Positions 29,001-38,057 are shown, numbered from the stretch's first letter. The stretch is 64,000 bases of DNA from Gaiellaceae bacterium (GCA_035776735.1 DASSSO010000033.1:582-64581), one strand, 5' to 3'. A program made the numbers and translations. Notes: a model not told the origin generated them from the letters alone.

Positions 29001-29468
29001 GCGGCCGCCTACGACCCGTTCTCCGGGGTCGCGATCTTCGCGCTTCCCCCGGCGGCGCCGGCCATCCGCGCCGGCAGGCTGAACGCGCTCTTCCAGTCCG
29101 CGGACTACCAGGAGGCAAAGAACGCGGACGTCTTCGGGGACGAGCTGATGCCGAACACGCGCGTGAAGGCCACGCGGGTCCGGGTCGTCTCCGGCCCGAC
29201 GCTGACGTGGCTGCTGCCGCTCCCGCGGACCTGCGTCGCCCGGACCGTGCCGCTGCTCGTCGTGGCGAGCCCACCGGCGAAGGCCCGCACCGCACGGTTC
29301 TTCGACGGCAAGCGGCAGATCCGCGTGCTGCGCCGCAACGCCGCCGGCCTGTACGCGACCACTTGGCGGACGGCCGGTGCCAAGCGCGGCGCGCACACGC
29401 TCCGCGCGGTCGTACAGGTGGCCGGCAAGCGCGTCGAGGCGACGCGCGTCGTCCGCGTGTGCCGGTAG
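26061..29468 (+). CDS. secreted S8 (subtilisin-family) serine peptidase with PA-like insert and C-terminal beta-rich domains
   Basis: Signal peptide. Catalytic blocks VAVVDDGID (Asp), HGTHVAGIAAG (His) and GTSMSAPHVTGAVALL (Ser). Confidence 0.85.
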   Translation: MTTLYVLRRQLLLLVPMAALALAAPASAALRPIERTFGDITVPRVSKGTLRVSAAQGSGRMTVIATLRLPPLAAARGPGFFATLGPSRLDTASASSRSYLARVQAEQAAAARAIRTAVPGARLVHRFQVVLNGITVELPVADLPKLQALSSVARVYPSVRHFLKTNRSPGVIGATAFTAGTGATGAGVKIAVVDDGIDQTNPSFSPGGFAYPPGFPKGQTAYTTPKVIVARSFTARGSGTRGRLPVDSRVSFHGTHVAGIAAGRAGTASPGGRDHPPTAGLSGVAPNAWIGNYRVFNVPTPAGHISTTGQTVAAFEQAVRDGMDVINYSGGSPAIDPRTDAMMETVANVTRAGVVVVASAGNDRDDFGLGSTGSPSTSPEAIGVAATSNTHVFAPALAVSDPGAPASVRRIPFKPDALGAPSSWGQTDRSLVDVGSITGTNGQPVPTQLCGIGRDPNAGTNPLPRGSLAGSFALISRGRCSIFSKAARAAAAGAAGLVIVDNRFGEANPIPLLVSVRAGMISDLDGANLRAYLATRGGRAPIRIGPGVTEIETGRSGIITSFSAGGPTAFGHNLKPDLAAPGGEILSATLPGFTGGSRFANFDGTSMSAPHVTGAVALLRERHREWTVRQVKSALMSTAVAAWGNSARTQEAPVLLQGAGLVNVQAADDPKIFAEPGSLSFGDLNLVAAVTSKQLLLSIRDAGGGGGTWTVELRPQSASAGATIEVPSSVTIPPGGASDVQVTARADGGAPKGDNYGFVVLRQGAVTRRVPYAFFLTRPGLAGVTARPLARVQTGTTASGTSFADRYRFPAAPFGHPPDYGAGPDMVEDGAERLYSIRVRNRVVNVGAAVITSSPNSAIDPFFLGAKDENAVQGYVGTPTNINGLTIGYGLAIGAAGAVFAPPGTYYVAVDSGRDEFTNQRRAGSYRLRSWVNDMHPPSVRLLTTRVTAGRPTLAVQTLDRGAGVDPFSLTLGYGRVLVAAAAYDPFSGVAIFALPPAAPAIRAGRLNALFQSADYQEAKNADVFGDELMPNTRVKATRVRVVSGPTLTWLLPLPRTCVARTVPLLVVASPPAKARTARFFDGKRQIRVLRRNAAGLYATTWRTAGAKRGAHTLRAVVQVAGKRVEATRVVRVCR

Positions 29469-30220
29469 CGGTCGTCACCGGCGGCAGCTCGGGGATCGGC
29501 GCGGCCGTCGCACGACGTCTCCGGCAGCGCGGCTGGGACTGCGTGCTCGTGGCGCGCGACGAAGAGCGGCTCCGCGCGACCGCGGAGGAGCTCGGGGCCG
29601 AGTACGAGGTCTGCGACGTCGGCGACCGCGAGGCCGTCGACCGGATGGCCGCCGCCGTCCGCGAGCGGCATCCGGCGGTCAAGCTGCTCGTCAACAACGC
29701 CGGCATCTCCGGGCGGACGCCGGGCGACCGGCGCCGGAAGGGCTTCATCGAGACCGACCCCGAGTGGATCGAGGAGCTCTTCCGGGTCAACCTTCTCGGC
29801 GCCGTCTGGTGCCTGCGCGCCTTTCTCCCCGCGCTCGATGCGGCCCGGCCCGCGCACGTCGTGAACGTGGGCTCGGTTGCCGGCACCGTCGCCGTCCCGC
29901 CGGGGCTGTACTCGGCGACGAAGCACGCGCTGGTCGCCTTCTCCCGCTCGCTCGCGGCGTCGCTGCCCGCCCGGGGGATCCACGTCCACACGGTCAATCC
30001 GGGATTCGTGGAGACGCCCGGTTTCCCGCAGCGCGGCGTCCTCGGGAGTTGGCTGCTGGAAGCCGCGGTCGTGGGCCCGGACTACGCGGCCCGCAGGATC
30101 GTCTCCGCCGTGGAGCACAACCGCCCGGAGGTCTTCGTGCCCGGCTGGTACCGGGTGCCCGCGGTCCTGCAGGCGCTCGCGCCGGGACTCGTCAGCCGCC
30201 TGCTGGCACGGCGGCGGTAA
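29459..30220 (+). CDS. short-chain dehydrogenase/reductase (SDR)
   Basis: VAVVTGGSSGIGAAV, NNAG and YSATKHAL. The GTG start overlaps the S8 gene end by 10 nt. Confidence 0.85.
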   Translation: MPVAVVTGGSSGIGAAVARRLRQRGWDCVLVARDEERLRATAEELGAEYEVCDVGDREAVDRMAAAVRERHPAVKLLVNNAGISGRTPGDRRRKGFIETDPEWIEELFRVNLLGAVWCLRAFLPALDAARPAHVVNVGSVAGTVAVPPGLYSATKHALVAFSRSLAASLPARGIHVHTVNPGFVETPGFPQRGVLGSWLLEAAVVGPDYAARRIVSAVEHNRPEVFVPGWYRVPAVLQALAPGLVSRLLARRR

Positions 30221-30230
30221 CTTCCCTCTC

Positions 30231-30533
30231 GTGACCGTCGAGCTCTTCTACTGGGAGGGCTGCCCGTCGTACCCGGAGGCACGCGAGCTGCTCGAGGACG
30301 TCCTCCGGGAACGCGGCCTCGACGTGCCGATCGACCTCCGGCACGTCGGTACGCGCGAGGAGGCGGCCGAGCTGCGCTTCCCCGGCTCGCCGACGATCCG
30401 GGTCGACGGGCGCGACGTCGACCCGGCCGGCGCCGACGAGCCTCCCTCGCTCAGCTGCCGGATCTACCACCTGCCCGACGGTCGCGTCTCGCCGATCCCG
30501 TCCCGCGAACAGCTCGAGGAGGCCCTCGCATGA
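30231..30533 (+). CDS. small thioredoxin/glutaredoxin-fold protein
   Basis: VELFYWEGCPSYPEA...GSPTIRVDG pattern. 100 aa with a GTG start. Confidence 0.55.
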   Translation: MTVELFYWEGCPSYPEARELLEDVLRERGLDVPIDLRHVGTREEAAELRFPGSPTIRVDGRDVDPAGADEPPSLSCRIYHLPDGRVSPIPSREQLEEALA

Positions 30534-31060
30534 GCCTGACGCTCGCCACAGAGGCACCGCCGTTCGACCTTCCCGGCGTCGACGGCCGCAACCACTCGCT
30601 CGACGACTACGCCGACGCGCCGATCCTGGCCGTGGTCTGGTCGTGCAACCACTGTCCGTACGTGATCGCCTGGGAAGGGCGGATGAAGGCGCTCCAGGAG
30701 GAGTACGGCGACCGGGGCTTCCGGCTCGTCGCGATCAACTCGAACGACGCCGAGAACTACCCGGCCGACTCGTTCGAGGCGATGCAGGCGCGGGCGCGGG
30801 AGCAGGGCTTCAACTTCGACTACCTGTACGACGAGGACCAGTCCGTCGCGCAGGCGTACGGGCCGGAGCGGACGCCCGAGGTGTTCCTCTTCGACCGCAA
30901 CCGGAGGCTCGTCTACCACGGCGCCATCGACGACAGCCGCGAGGAGGGCGCCGTGCAGGAGCGTTACGTGCGCGACGCCATCGAGGCGCTGCTCACGGAC
31001 CGGGACCCGCCGGTGGCCGAGACCCCGCCCGTCGGCTGCACGGTGAAGTGGAAGGGCTGA
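30530..31060 (+). CDS. thioredoxin-fold (redoxin/TlpA-like) protein with a CNHCP motif
   Basis: APPFDLPGVDG......D......AVVWSCNHCPYV, RLVAINSND and TPEVFLFD. The start overlaps the upstream stop (ATGA). Confidence 0.75.
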   Translation: MSLTLATEAPPFDLPGVDGRNHSLDDYADAPILAVVWSCNHCPYVIAWEGRMKALQEEYGDRGFRLVAINSNDAENYPADSFEAMQARAREQGFNFDYLYDEDQSVAQAYGPERTPEVFLFDRNRRLVYHGAIDDSREEGAVQERYVRDAIEALLTDRDPPVAETPPVGCTVKWKG

Positions 31061-31157
31061 GCGCGACGCGCGCCGAGTGGTCGTAGTCCAGGCGCACCCG
31101 GCCTCCTCCCCGCTGCGAGCCTACTGAGAAGGCCCGCACGCGTGTGAAACGAGTGCG

Positions 31158-32195
31158 TCAGGAATCGGTGCCGGCGGACCGGCCGCGCCGGACGAGCTCG
31201 AGCGCCTCATCGCGCGTCGAGATCGTCCCGGCGGCGCGCTCCTCGGCGATCCGCTCCAGCCACTCGCCGATCTCGGGCCCCGGCGGGAGGCCGAGCTCGT
31301 CCCCGCGCACGAGCGGTTGCGGAGGGTCGTTCGTCCGCGCCGCCTCGATCGCCCGCACGAGGTCGGCGTCGCCGCCGGCGAACCGCGCCGCGTCGATGGC
31401 CCACGGCTCGGTCGCCCGGCGGAAGCGGTGGAGCTCCCGCGGGGACAGGTCGCCGGGGAGCTCCGCGCGCAGCACCTTGCCCGCATAGCGCCGCAGCTCG
31501 TTCGAGACCGGCAGCTGCCCGAGCCGGTGGCCGAAGACGGCGACCAGGCGCAGCTCGGCCGTCGTCTCGCCGAGCTCGCGGAGCCGGTCGACCGAGCCGC
31601 CGAGCGGTGCCAGCAGGCCCAGCTCCTCGAGGCGCTCGAAGCCGTCGGCGCCGAGCCGCTCGAGCTCGGCGAGGATCCGTTCGCCGGCCGGGCGCGTGAC
31701 GAGGCCGGCGTTCGCCCTGACGAGCCGCTCCGTCTCGGCGTCCAGCCGGAAGCCGAGCTCGCTCTCGAGGCGAGCGGCCCGAAGGAGGCGCAGGGGATCG
31801 TCCTGGAAGACCCCCGGGCCGACGGCCCGCAACGTCCGGCGCTCGAGGTCGCCGACCCCGCCGAACGGATCGAGCGGCTCGCCGCCGGCCAGCGGTCTCG
31901 CGATCGCGTTGATCGTGAAGTCGCGCGTTGCCAGGTCGTCGTGGATCCCGTCCGGCAGCGGCGTGAAGTCGACGGTTCGATCCTCGGGGAGCGCCACCCG
32001 CCAGGCGCCGTGGCGCTCGGAGAGCGGGAACGGGGCCCCCTCGGAGCGCCGCGCGTAGCGGCGCGCCGCCTGCTCGGGCTCGCGGCAGGCGATGTCGAGG
32101 TCGACGACCGGCCGGCCGAGCAACTCGTCACGCACGGCGCCGCCGACGATCCAGGCCTCCTCCCCCGCCAGCACCTCTTGCGCTGCCTCAAGCAT
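31158..32195 (-). CDS. cca: CCA-adding enzyme / poly(A) polymerase-family tRNA nucleotidyltransferase (head domain class)
   Basis: WIVGGAVRDELLGRPVVDLDIA, RDFTINA and DP.GG..DL....LR. Confidence 0.75.
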   Translation of the reverse strand: MLEAAQEVLAGEEAWIVGGAVRDELLGRPVVDLDIACREPEQAARRYARRSEGAPFPLSERHGAWRVALPEDRTVDFTPLPDGIHDDLATRDFTINAIARPLAGGEPLDPFGGVGDLERRTLRAVGPGVFQDDPLRLLRAARLESELGFRLDAETERLVRANAGLVTRPAGERILAELERLGADGFERLEELGLLAPLGGSVDRLRELGETTAELRLVAVFGHRLGQLPVSNELRRYAGKVLRAELPGDLSPRELHRFRRATEPWAIDAARFAGGDADLVRAIEAARTNDPPQPLVRGDELGLPPGPEIGEWLERIAEERAAGTISTRDEALELVRRGRSAGTDS

Positions 32196-33207
32196 CGATC
32201 ACCGTCCGCCGGGCCCGGGCCGGCCCGGACTCGATCCGCGACACGAGCTCGTAGTTGATCGTGTCCGCGACGCGCGTATGGTCTTCGACCAGGACGCCGT
32301 CCCCGATCAGCGTCACCGGCGCGTCAATGGGCTCCTGCTCGTCGAGCCGGACGGCGATCGCGTCCATCGAGACCGTGCCGACGACCAGGCAGCGCCTGCT
32401 GCCGACGACCACCTCCGTCCCGGTCATGTCGCGGCGGAACCCGTCCGCGTAGCCGACCGGCACGACGCCGATCCACGTGTCCTCCTGGGCGACGAACCGA
32501 CGGCCGTAACCCGTGCTCTCGCCGGCGCGCAGGCGCTTGACCTGCGCGAGCCGGCTCTCCCAGCGCAGCGCCGGCTCGAGGCCGTCGTCGGCCGGGTCGC
32601 CGCCGAACGGCGAGAGCCCGTAGAGGGCGATCCCGCAGCGGGCGGCGTCGAAACGCGCCTCCGGGATCCGGAGTGCCGCCGCGCTGTTCGCGGCGTGCCG
32701 GACGAGCTGCGGGTGACCCTTCGTCGCCTCCTCGAAGCGGGCGACCTGCGCGCGGGCGACCTCCGCGTCGCTGTCCGCGGTCGCGAGATGCGTCATCAGG
32801 CCGACGACCTCCGCGCCCACCTCGGGGAGCTCCGAGAGCCCCCAGCGGCCCATCCCCGTGTCGAGCTTCAGGTGGGCGCGGACGCCCTCCGGCACCGGCA
32901 GCTCCCAGACCGCGAGCTCGAGGTCGGCCGCGCGGGCGAGTGCGATCTCGCGGCCCGCCGACGGGCCCATGACGAGGATCCGGACGCCCGAGAACTCCGC
33001 CCGCAGCTCCAGCCCCTCGGCGACCGTGGCGACGCAGAGCGCGCTCGCGCCCTCGGCGAGCACCGCTCCGGCGACGTCGACCGCCCCGTGGCCGTAGCCG
33101 TTCGCCTTCACGACCGCCCAAAGCGCCGAGCCCTCGAGCGCCTTCAGCAGCCTGCGGGCGTTCCGCCGCACCGCGCCGAGGTCGATCGTGATCTCGGACC
33201 TATGCAT
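32188..33207 (-). CDS. alr: alanine racemase
   Basis: AVVKANGYGHG (PLP Lys), SELPEVG, GYGRRF and SMD. Confidence 0.9.
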   Translation of the reverse strand: MHRSEITIDLGAVRRNARRLLKALEGSALWAVVKANGYGHGAVDVAGAVLAEGASALCVATVAEGLELRAEFSGVRILVMGPSAGREIALARAADLELAVWELPVPEGVRAHLKLDTGMGRWGLSELPEVGAEVVGLMTHLATADSDAEVARAQVARFEEATKGHPQLVRHAANSAAALRIPEARFDAARCGIALYGLSPFGGDPADDGLEPALRWESRLAQVKRLRAGESTGYGRRFVAQEDTWIGVVPVGYADGFRRDMTGTEVVVGSRRCLVVGTVSMDAIAVRLDEQEPIDAPVTLIGDGVLVEDHTRVADTINYELVSRIESGPARARRTVIDA

Positions 33208-34516
33208 CGAGGACGCGCGGGAGAGCCTCCAGCAGGTCGCCGGCCATCAAGCCCGAGCGCCGACCGGAGGCGGCGACGGCGTCCGTATGCGCCCGGACGG
33301 CGGCCGCCGCGGCCAGCCGCGGCTCCATGCCCTTGGCGAGGAACGCGGCAACGACGCCCGTGAGGACGTCTCCGGTTCCCGCCGTCGCGAGCGCGGGGTC
33401 GCCGCCGGCGACGAGCGGGCCCTCGCCCGGCGCGCCGACGAGCGTCCCCTCTCCCTTCAGGACGACCACGCAGCCGAAACGCTCGACCCCGCGCCGGAGC
33501 GCCTCCAAGCGGTGCGCGTCGACCCAGCGCGACTCCTCGCCCAGGAGGCGCCCGAGCTCGCCCGAGTGCGGGGTGAGAACCGTCGGAGCTGCCCGCTCGA
33601 ACGGCTCCAGGCTCCACAGCGCGTCTGCGTCGACCACGGCAGGGAGCTCGGTCTCCTCCAGGAGGCGGCGGACGAGCTCTCCGCGATCCCTGCCGAGCCC
33701 GGGCCCGACCGCCAGGGCGCTGGCGCGCTCCCGGCCCTCCCAGACCTCGTCGAGCGGGCGCTTGACAGCCTCGCGCAGGCGCGTCTCGATGACAGGTAGC
33801 GACTCCGCCGGCGCGGCGACGGCGACGTAGCCCGCGTCCGCGCGGAACGCCGCCTCGGCGGTGAGCGTCACGGCGCCGGTCATCCCCGGCGAGCCGCCGA
33901 CGACGAGCACCGATCCGGCCGTGTACTTCGTGTCGCCCGGCTTGCGGCGCGGCACGAGCCGGACGATCTCCGGGAGCACGCGTGCGTGCTCGGCAGGGCC
34001 GTGGGCGAGCCCGATGTCGGCGACGACGACCTCGCCCGCGTGGAACCGGCCGGGCGCGACCTCGTGCCCGACCTTCCACCCGTGGAACGTGACGGTGACG
34101 GCCGCCGTGACCGCGTCTCCCGGGACCTCGCCGGTGGAGCCGTCGACGCCGGATGGGATGTCCACGGCGACGACAGGCCTGCCCGACTCATTCATCGCCC
34201 GAATCTGCGCGGCGGCGCCCTCCCGCGGCGGGGGACGGAAGCCGGTGCCGAACAGCGCGTCGAGGACGACGTCGGCCTCGCCGAGCGAGCGTTCCTCCCA
34301 GCCGGCCGCACGCAGGAGCTCGGCCGCGATCCTTCCGTCACCGCCGTTCGCGCCGCCGCCGCAGACCGCAGCGAACGAGCGGCCGTTGGGGAACCGCCGC
34401 AGGACCTCGTCGGCGACTGCGGCTCCCGCCCGCCGCATCAGCTCCTCGACGTCGTGCCCCTCCTCCGCCGCGCGCATCTCGGCGGCGGTGTAGAGCGGCT
34501 CAAGAGGTTCCAACAT
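33200..34516 (-). CDS. nnr: bifunctional NAD(P)H-hydrate repair enzyme (epimerase/dehydratase, YjeF)
   Basis: N-terminal YjeF_N (CGGGANGGDG). C-terminal carbohydrate-kinase-like domain (VVGGSPGMTGA, LTPH.GE and GTGDVL.G). Confidence 0.9.
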   Translation of the reverse strand: MLEPLEPLYTAAEMRAAEEGHDVEELMRRAGAAVADEVLRRFPNGRSFAAVCGGGANGGDGRIAAELLRAAGWEERSLGEADVVLDALFGTGFRPPPREGAAAQIRAMNESGRPVVAVDIPSGVDGSTGEVPGDAVTAAVTVTFHGWKVGHEVAPGRFHAGEVVVADIGLAHGPAEHARVLPEIVRLVPRRKPGDTKYTAGSVLVVGGSPGMTGAVTLTAEAAFRADAGYVAVAAPAESLPVIETRLREAVKRPLDEVWEGRERASALAVGPGLGRDRGELVRRLLEETELPAVVDADALWSLEPFERAAPTVLTPHSGELGRLLGEESRWVDAHRLEALRRGVERFGCVVVLKGEGTLVGAPGEGPLVAGGDPALATAGTGDVLTGVVAAFLAKGMEPRLAAAAAVRAHTDAVAASGRRSGLMAGDLLEALPRVLDA

Positions 34517-34569
34517 CGTGTGCCTCGTCGCCGGGGTGCGCTGGGTGGTGCGAGGGTAGGACGCAGGGA

Positions 34570-34596
34570 GCGTCCATATCAGTCAGATATGGACGC
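34570..34596. repeat. perfect 11-bp-arm palindrome/hairpin GCGTCCATATC-AGTCA-GATATGGACGC
   Basis: Read directly. It has an AT-rich centre and lies in the 147-nt acpS-nnr spacer. Confidence 0.85.
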
Positions 34597-34663
34597 GACT
34601 GAGGACGCCGCCTCGCGCCGCACAGCGCGGCCCGGCGGCACAAGGCTCATGGTGTTGGAGCCT

Positions 34664-35038
34664 CTAAGCATCCGGGTCGGCCACCACGCAGACCGCGCTC
34701 GCCAGCTCGCGCGAATGCGACATCGAGAGGTCGATCGGGCCGGCCTCGACGCGCTCCGCCCACTTCGCGACCCGGCCGGTCAGCGTGACGGACGGCTTCG
34801 GCCGGCCGGCAATCTCGATGTCGCGCCAGGCGAAGAGCCGCGCCACCCCGAGCCCGAGCGCCTTGCCCACGGCCTCCTTGCCCGCGAACCTGGCCGCGTA
34901 GTGCTGCGCCGGGTTCTGCCGCGCGTCGCAGTAGGCCTGTTCCGCCTGCGTGAAGCAGCGGTCTCGGAAGCCCTCGTACCGCTCGAGCGCCGCGCGGATC
35001 CTCCCGATCTCGATCATGTCGACGCCGACCCGGGTCAT
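34664..35038 (-). CDS. acpS: holo-[acyl-carrier-protein] synthase
   Basis: GVDMIEIGRI, FT..E, AARFAAKEA..KA and the ~124-aa size typical of AcpS. Confidence 0.9.
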   Translation of the reverse strand: MTRVGVDMIEIGRIRAALERYEGFRDRCFTQAEQAYCDARQNPAQHYAARFAGKEAVGKALGLGVARLFAWRDIEIAGRPKPSVTLTGRVAKWAERVEAGPIDLSMSHSRELASAVCVVADPDA

Positions 35039-35808
35039 TGCGCCTCCAGCCATTCGGGGAAGTCGGCGATCGAGGACAGGATCGCGTCGGGCCTGACCAT
35101 TCCGCGCTCGACGGCGTCCGGCCGAAACTTGCCCGTCCGGACGAGCGCGGTTTTCAGCCCGTGCTTCTGCGCGCCGGCGACGTCGGCCTCGATGTCGTCT
35201 CCGACCATCCACGTCATCTCCGCATCGGCGTCGAGTGCCTCGAGCGCGGCCTTGAAGTAGGGCGCGCTCGGTTTGCCGACCACCGTCGCCTCGACCTCGG
35301 CCGCGTACTCGAGGCCGGCGACGAAGCAGCCCGAGTCCAGCAGCGGCCCGCGCGAGGTCTGCCACCACCGGTTCTTGTGCAGGCAGTAGAGCTCCGCACC
35401 GAGCTCGAGCTCCGCGAAGGCGCGCGCGAGGTTCATGTAGGAGAAGACGCGGTTCGTCTCCTCGGTCTCGTCCGCGCCGCCCAGCAGCACCGCGTCCGCC
35501 TCCTCCCAGACGAGCTCGACGTCGCCCAGGTCGTCCAGGACCGCCGCCATCGTCAGCGCGAGTACGCGCTTGCCGGCGAGCGCCCGCGCCGCTGCGACCG
35601 CAGTGGTCTGAAGCTCGTCCTCCTCGAGGTCGAACCCGCCCGAGCGCAGTCCCTCGACGAGCGAGCGCCTCGACTGCGTGGTGTTGTTGGTCACGAACCG
35701 GAGGCGATGACCGTTCTCGCGCAGGCGCCGGACGGCCTCCACCGCGCCGCGGATCGGCTCGCCGGAGACGTGAAGGACCCCGTCGATGTCCAGGAGAATG
35801 GCGGCCAT
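35035..35808 (-). CDS. HAD-superfamily subfamily IIA hydrolase
   Basis: ILLDIDGVL, RFVTNNT and MVGDD...D. The stop overlaps the acpS start. Confidence 0.85.
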   Translation of the reverse strand: MAAILLDIDGVLHVSGEPIRGAVEAVRRLRENGHRLRFVTNNTTQSRRSLVEGLRSGGFDLEEDELQTTAVAAARALAGKRVLALTMAAVLDDLGDVELVWEEADAVLLGGADETEETNRVFSYMNLARAFAELELGAELYCLHKNRWWQTSRGPLLDSGCFVAGLEYAAEVEATVVGKPSAPYFKAALEALDADAEMTWMVGDDIEADVAGAQKHGLKTALVRTGKFRPDAVERGMVRPDAILSSIADFPEWLEAQ

Positions 35809-36217
35809 GGACGGCGAGTCTATTCAGGTGACGCGGACGGTCGCGATTCCCGTGTCGGAGATCGAGCTGCGCTTCTCGAGGTCGAGCGGACCGGGCGGGC
35901 AGCACGCCCAGAAGTCCGAGACGAGAGTCGAGGCGATCCTCGACGTGGAGCGCTCGAGCGGCCTCAGCCCCGCGCAGAAGGCGCGCGTCGTCGGCAAGGC
36001 CGGGCCGGTGCTCCGCGCCGTGGCCCAGGACGAGCGCAGCCAGCTCCGAAACCGCGAGCTCGCCGTCGAGCGCCTCGTGGAGTCCCTGCGCGAGGCGCTG
36101 CGCGTGCGGCGGCCGCGCCGTCCCACGCGGCCGACGGCGGCCGCCAAGGAGCGGCGCCTGGAACAGAAGCGCCGCCGGGCGGAGACGAAGCAGCTACGGA
36201 GGAAACCGGAGGACTAG
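35807..36217 (+). CDS. arfB: alternative ribosome-rescue factor ArfB (peptidyl-tRNA hydrolase, GGQ class)
   Basis: VAIPVSEIELRFSRSSGPGGQHAQK, plus a basic C-terminal tail. ATG 35807 follows AGGAGA by 9 nt. GTG 35828 is an alternative start. Confidence 0.85.
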   Translation: MDGESIQVTRTVAIPVSEIELRFSRSSGPGGQHAQKSETRVEAILDVERSSGLSPAQKARVVGKAGPVLRAVAQDERSQLRNRELAVERLVESLREALRVRRPRRPTRPTAAAKERRLEQKRRRAETKQLRRKPED

Positions 36218-36230
36218 GAGCCGCCGCTCG

Positions 36231-38057
36231 CTATTCCACAGTGACGGTCTTCGCCAGGTTGCGCGGCTGGTCGACGTTGAGGCCGCGGAGCCGCGCGATG
36301 CGGTAGGCGAGGAGCTGGAGCGGCACGACGGCCAGGGCGGCCTGGAGGAACGCCGGCGTCCGGGGCACGTAGATGACGTCGTCGGCGTGGTGCTGGATGT
36401 CCTCGTTGCCGTCCGTCGCGATCGCGATCACGTGCGCGCCCCGGGCCCGGGTCTCCTGGATGTTGGAGACGATCTTGTCGTAGACGTGGATGTTGGTCGC
36501 GACGACGACGACGGGGGTGCCCTCCTCGAGCAGCGCGATCGGCCCGTGCTTCATCTCGCCGGCGGAGTACGCCTCGGTCGGGATGTAGGAGATCTCCTTC
36601 AGCTTGAGCGCGCCCTCGAGGGCGACCGGCAGGCCGATGTGGCGGCCGAGGTAGAGGAAGAAGTCCTGCTGGTAGAAACGCTGGGCGATCTCCTCGACCG
36701 GGTGGTCGCCGTCGAGGAACGCCGCGATCTTGTCCGGCAGCGTGTAGACCTGGTCGACGATGTAGGAGATCTCGTCGGGCGGCAGCGTCCCGCGCACCTC
36801 GGCGAGCTTGAGGCCGACGAGGTACAGGAGCGCGACCTGTGCCGTGAACGTCTTCGACGCGGCGACGCCGACCTCGAGCCCGCAGCGCGTGAAGAGCGAG
36901 GAGTCGACCTCGCGCGTGATGTGGGAGCCCATCATGTTCGTGATCGCGACGGTGTGGGCGCCCTTCTCGCGCGCGAGCCGCATCGCGCCGACCGTGTCTC
37001 TGGTCTCGCCGGACTGGGAGATCCCGATCACGAGCGTGTTCTCGTCGATCACCGGGTTCCGGTAGATCCACTCCGAGGCGATGTCGGGCTCGACGGGGAT
37101 CCGCGACCACTCCTCCAGCACGTAGCGGCCGACCACGCCGGCGTGGTAGGCGGTGCCGCAGGCGAGGATGACGATCCGCCGCAGGTCGCGAACCTGCTGC
37201 TCGTCCATCCCGAGCCCCTCGAGGACGAGCTTCCCATGGCGGGCCCGGTCGCCGATCGTCTCGGCGATCGACTCCGGCTGGTCGTAGATCTCCTTCAGCA
37301 TGAAGGTCTCGTAGCCGCCCTTCTCGGCGCTCTCGTCGTCCCAGTCGAGCTCGAGCGGCTCGTGCTCGACCGGCTGCCCGTCGGCCCGCACGAAGCTGAC
37401 CGAGTCGGGCGTGATCGAGACGATGTCCCCGTCGTCCGGGAAGAGCACGGTGCGCGTCTCTCCCAGGAACGCCGCGGCGTTCGACGCGAGGAAGTTCTCG
37501 CCCTGCCCGAGGCCGACGACGAGCGGCGTCTGGTGACGCGCGCCGACGAGCAGGCGCGGGTGGTCGCGGTGGATCGCCACGAAGGTGAAGTGGCCCTCGA
37601 GCTCGGCGAAGGTCTTCACGACCGCGTCGGTGAGGTCGCCGTCGTAGTGCGACTCGATCAGGTGGGCGACGGTCTCCGCGTCGGTCTCCGAGCTGAACGC
37701 GTGGCCGTCCTCGTGGAGCCTCGCCTTCAGCTCCCGGTAGTTCTCGACGATCCCGTTCAGGACAATCGCCAGCTGGCCGTCCTCACAGGCGGTCAGCGGA
37801 TGCGCGTTCCCCTCGGTGACCCCGCCGTGCGTCGCCCAGCGCGTGTGGCCGAGGCCGGTGCTCGAGTGCGAGCCGTTCGACGACGTGGCCTGCTTCAGGA
37901 ACTGGAGGTTGCCGACGGCCCGGACGTAGTCGAGGCCGTGATCCTCGAGGAGGGCGATCCCGGCGGAGTCGTAGCCGCGGTACTCCAGGCGCTCGAGACC
38001 CTGGAGGAGCAGTGGCTTCGCCGCTCGCGGCCCGACGTATCCGATGATTCCGCACAC
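36231..38057 (-). CDS. glmS: glutamine--fructose-6-phosphate aminotransferase (isomerizing)
   Basis: GTG start directly followed by CGIIGY (Ntn Cys), with AAGGAGGG 5 nt upstream. Two SIS domains. C-terminal KTVTVE. Confidence 0.95.
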   Translation of the reverse strand: MCGIIGYVGPRAAKPLLLQGLERLEYRGYDSAGIALLEDHGLDYVRAVGNLQFLKQATSSNGSHSSTGLGHTRWATHGGVTEGNAHPLTACEDGQLAIVLNGIVENYRELKARLHEDGHAFSSETDAETVAHLIESHYDGDLTDAVVKTFAELEGHFTFVAIHRDHPRLLVGARHQTPLVVGLGQGENFLASNAAAFLGETRTVLFPDDGDIVSITPDSVSFVRADGQPVEHEPLELDWDDESAEKGGYETFMLKEIYDQPESIAETIGDRARHGKLVLEGLGMDEQQVRDLRRIVILACGTAYHAGVVGRYVLEEWSRIPVEPDIASEWIYRNPVIDENTLVIGISQSGETRDTVGAMRLAREKGAHTVAITNMMGSHITREVDSSLFTRCGLEVGVAASKTFTAQVALLYLVGLKLAEVRGTLPPDEISYIVDQVYTLPDKIAAFLDGDHPVEEIAQRFYQQDFFLYLGRHIGLPVALEGALKLKEISYIPTEAYSAGEMKHGPIALLEEGTPVVVVATNIHVYDKIVSNIQETRARGAHVIAIATDGNEDIQHHADDVIYVPRTPAFLQAALAVVPLQLLAYRIARLRGLNVDQPRNLAKTVTVE

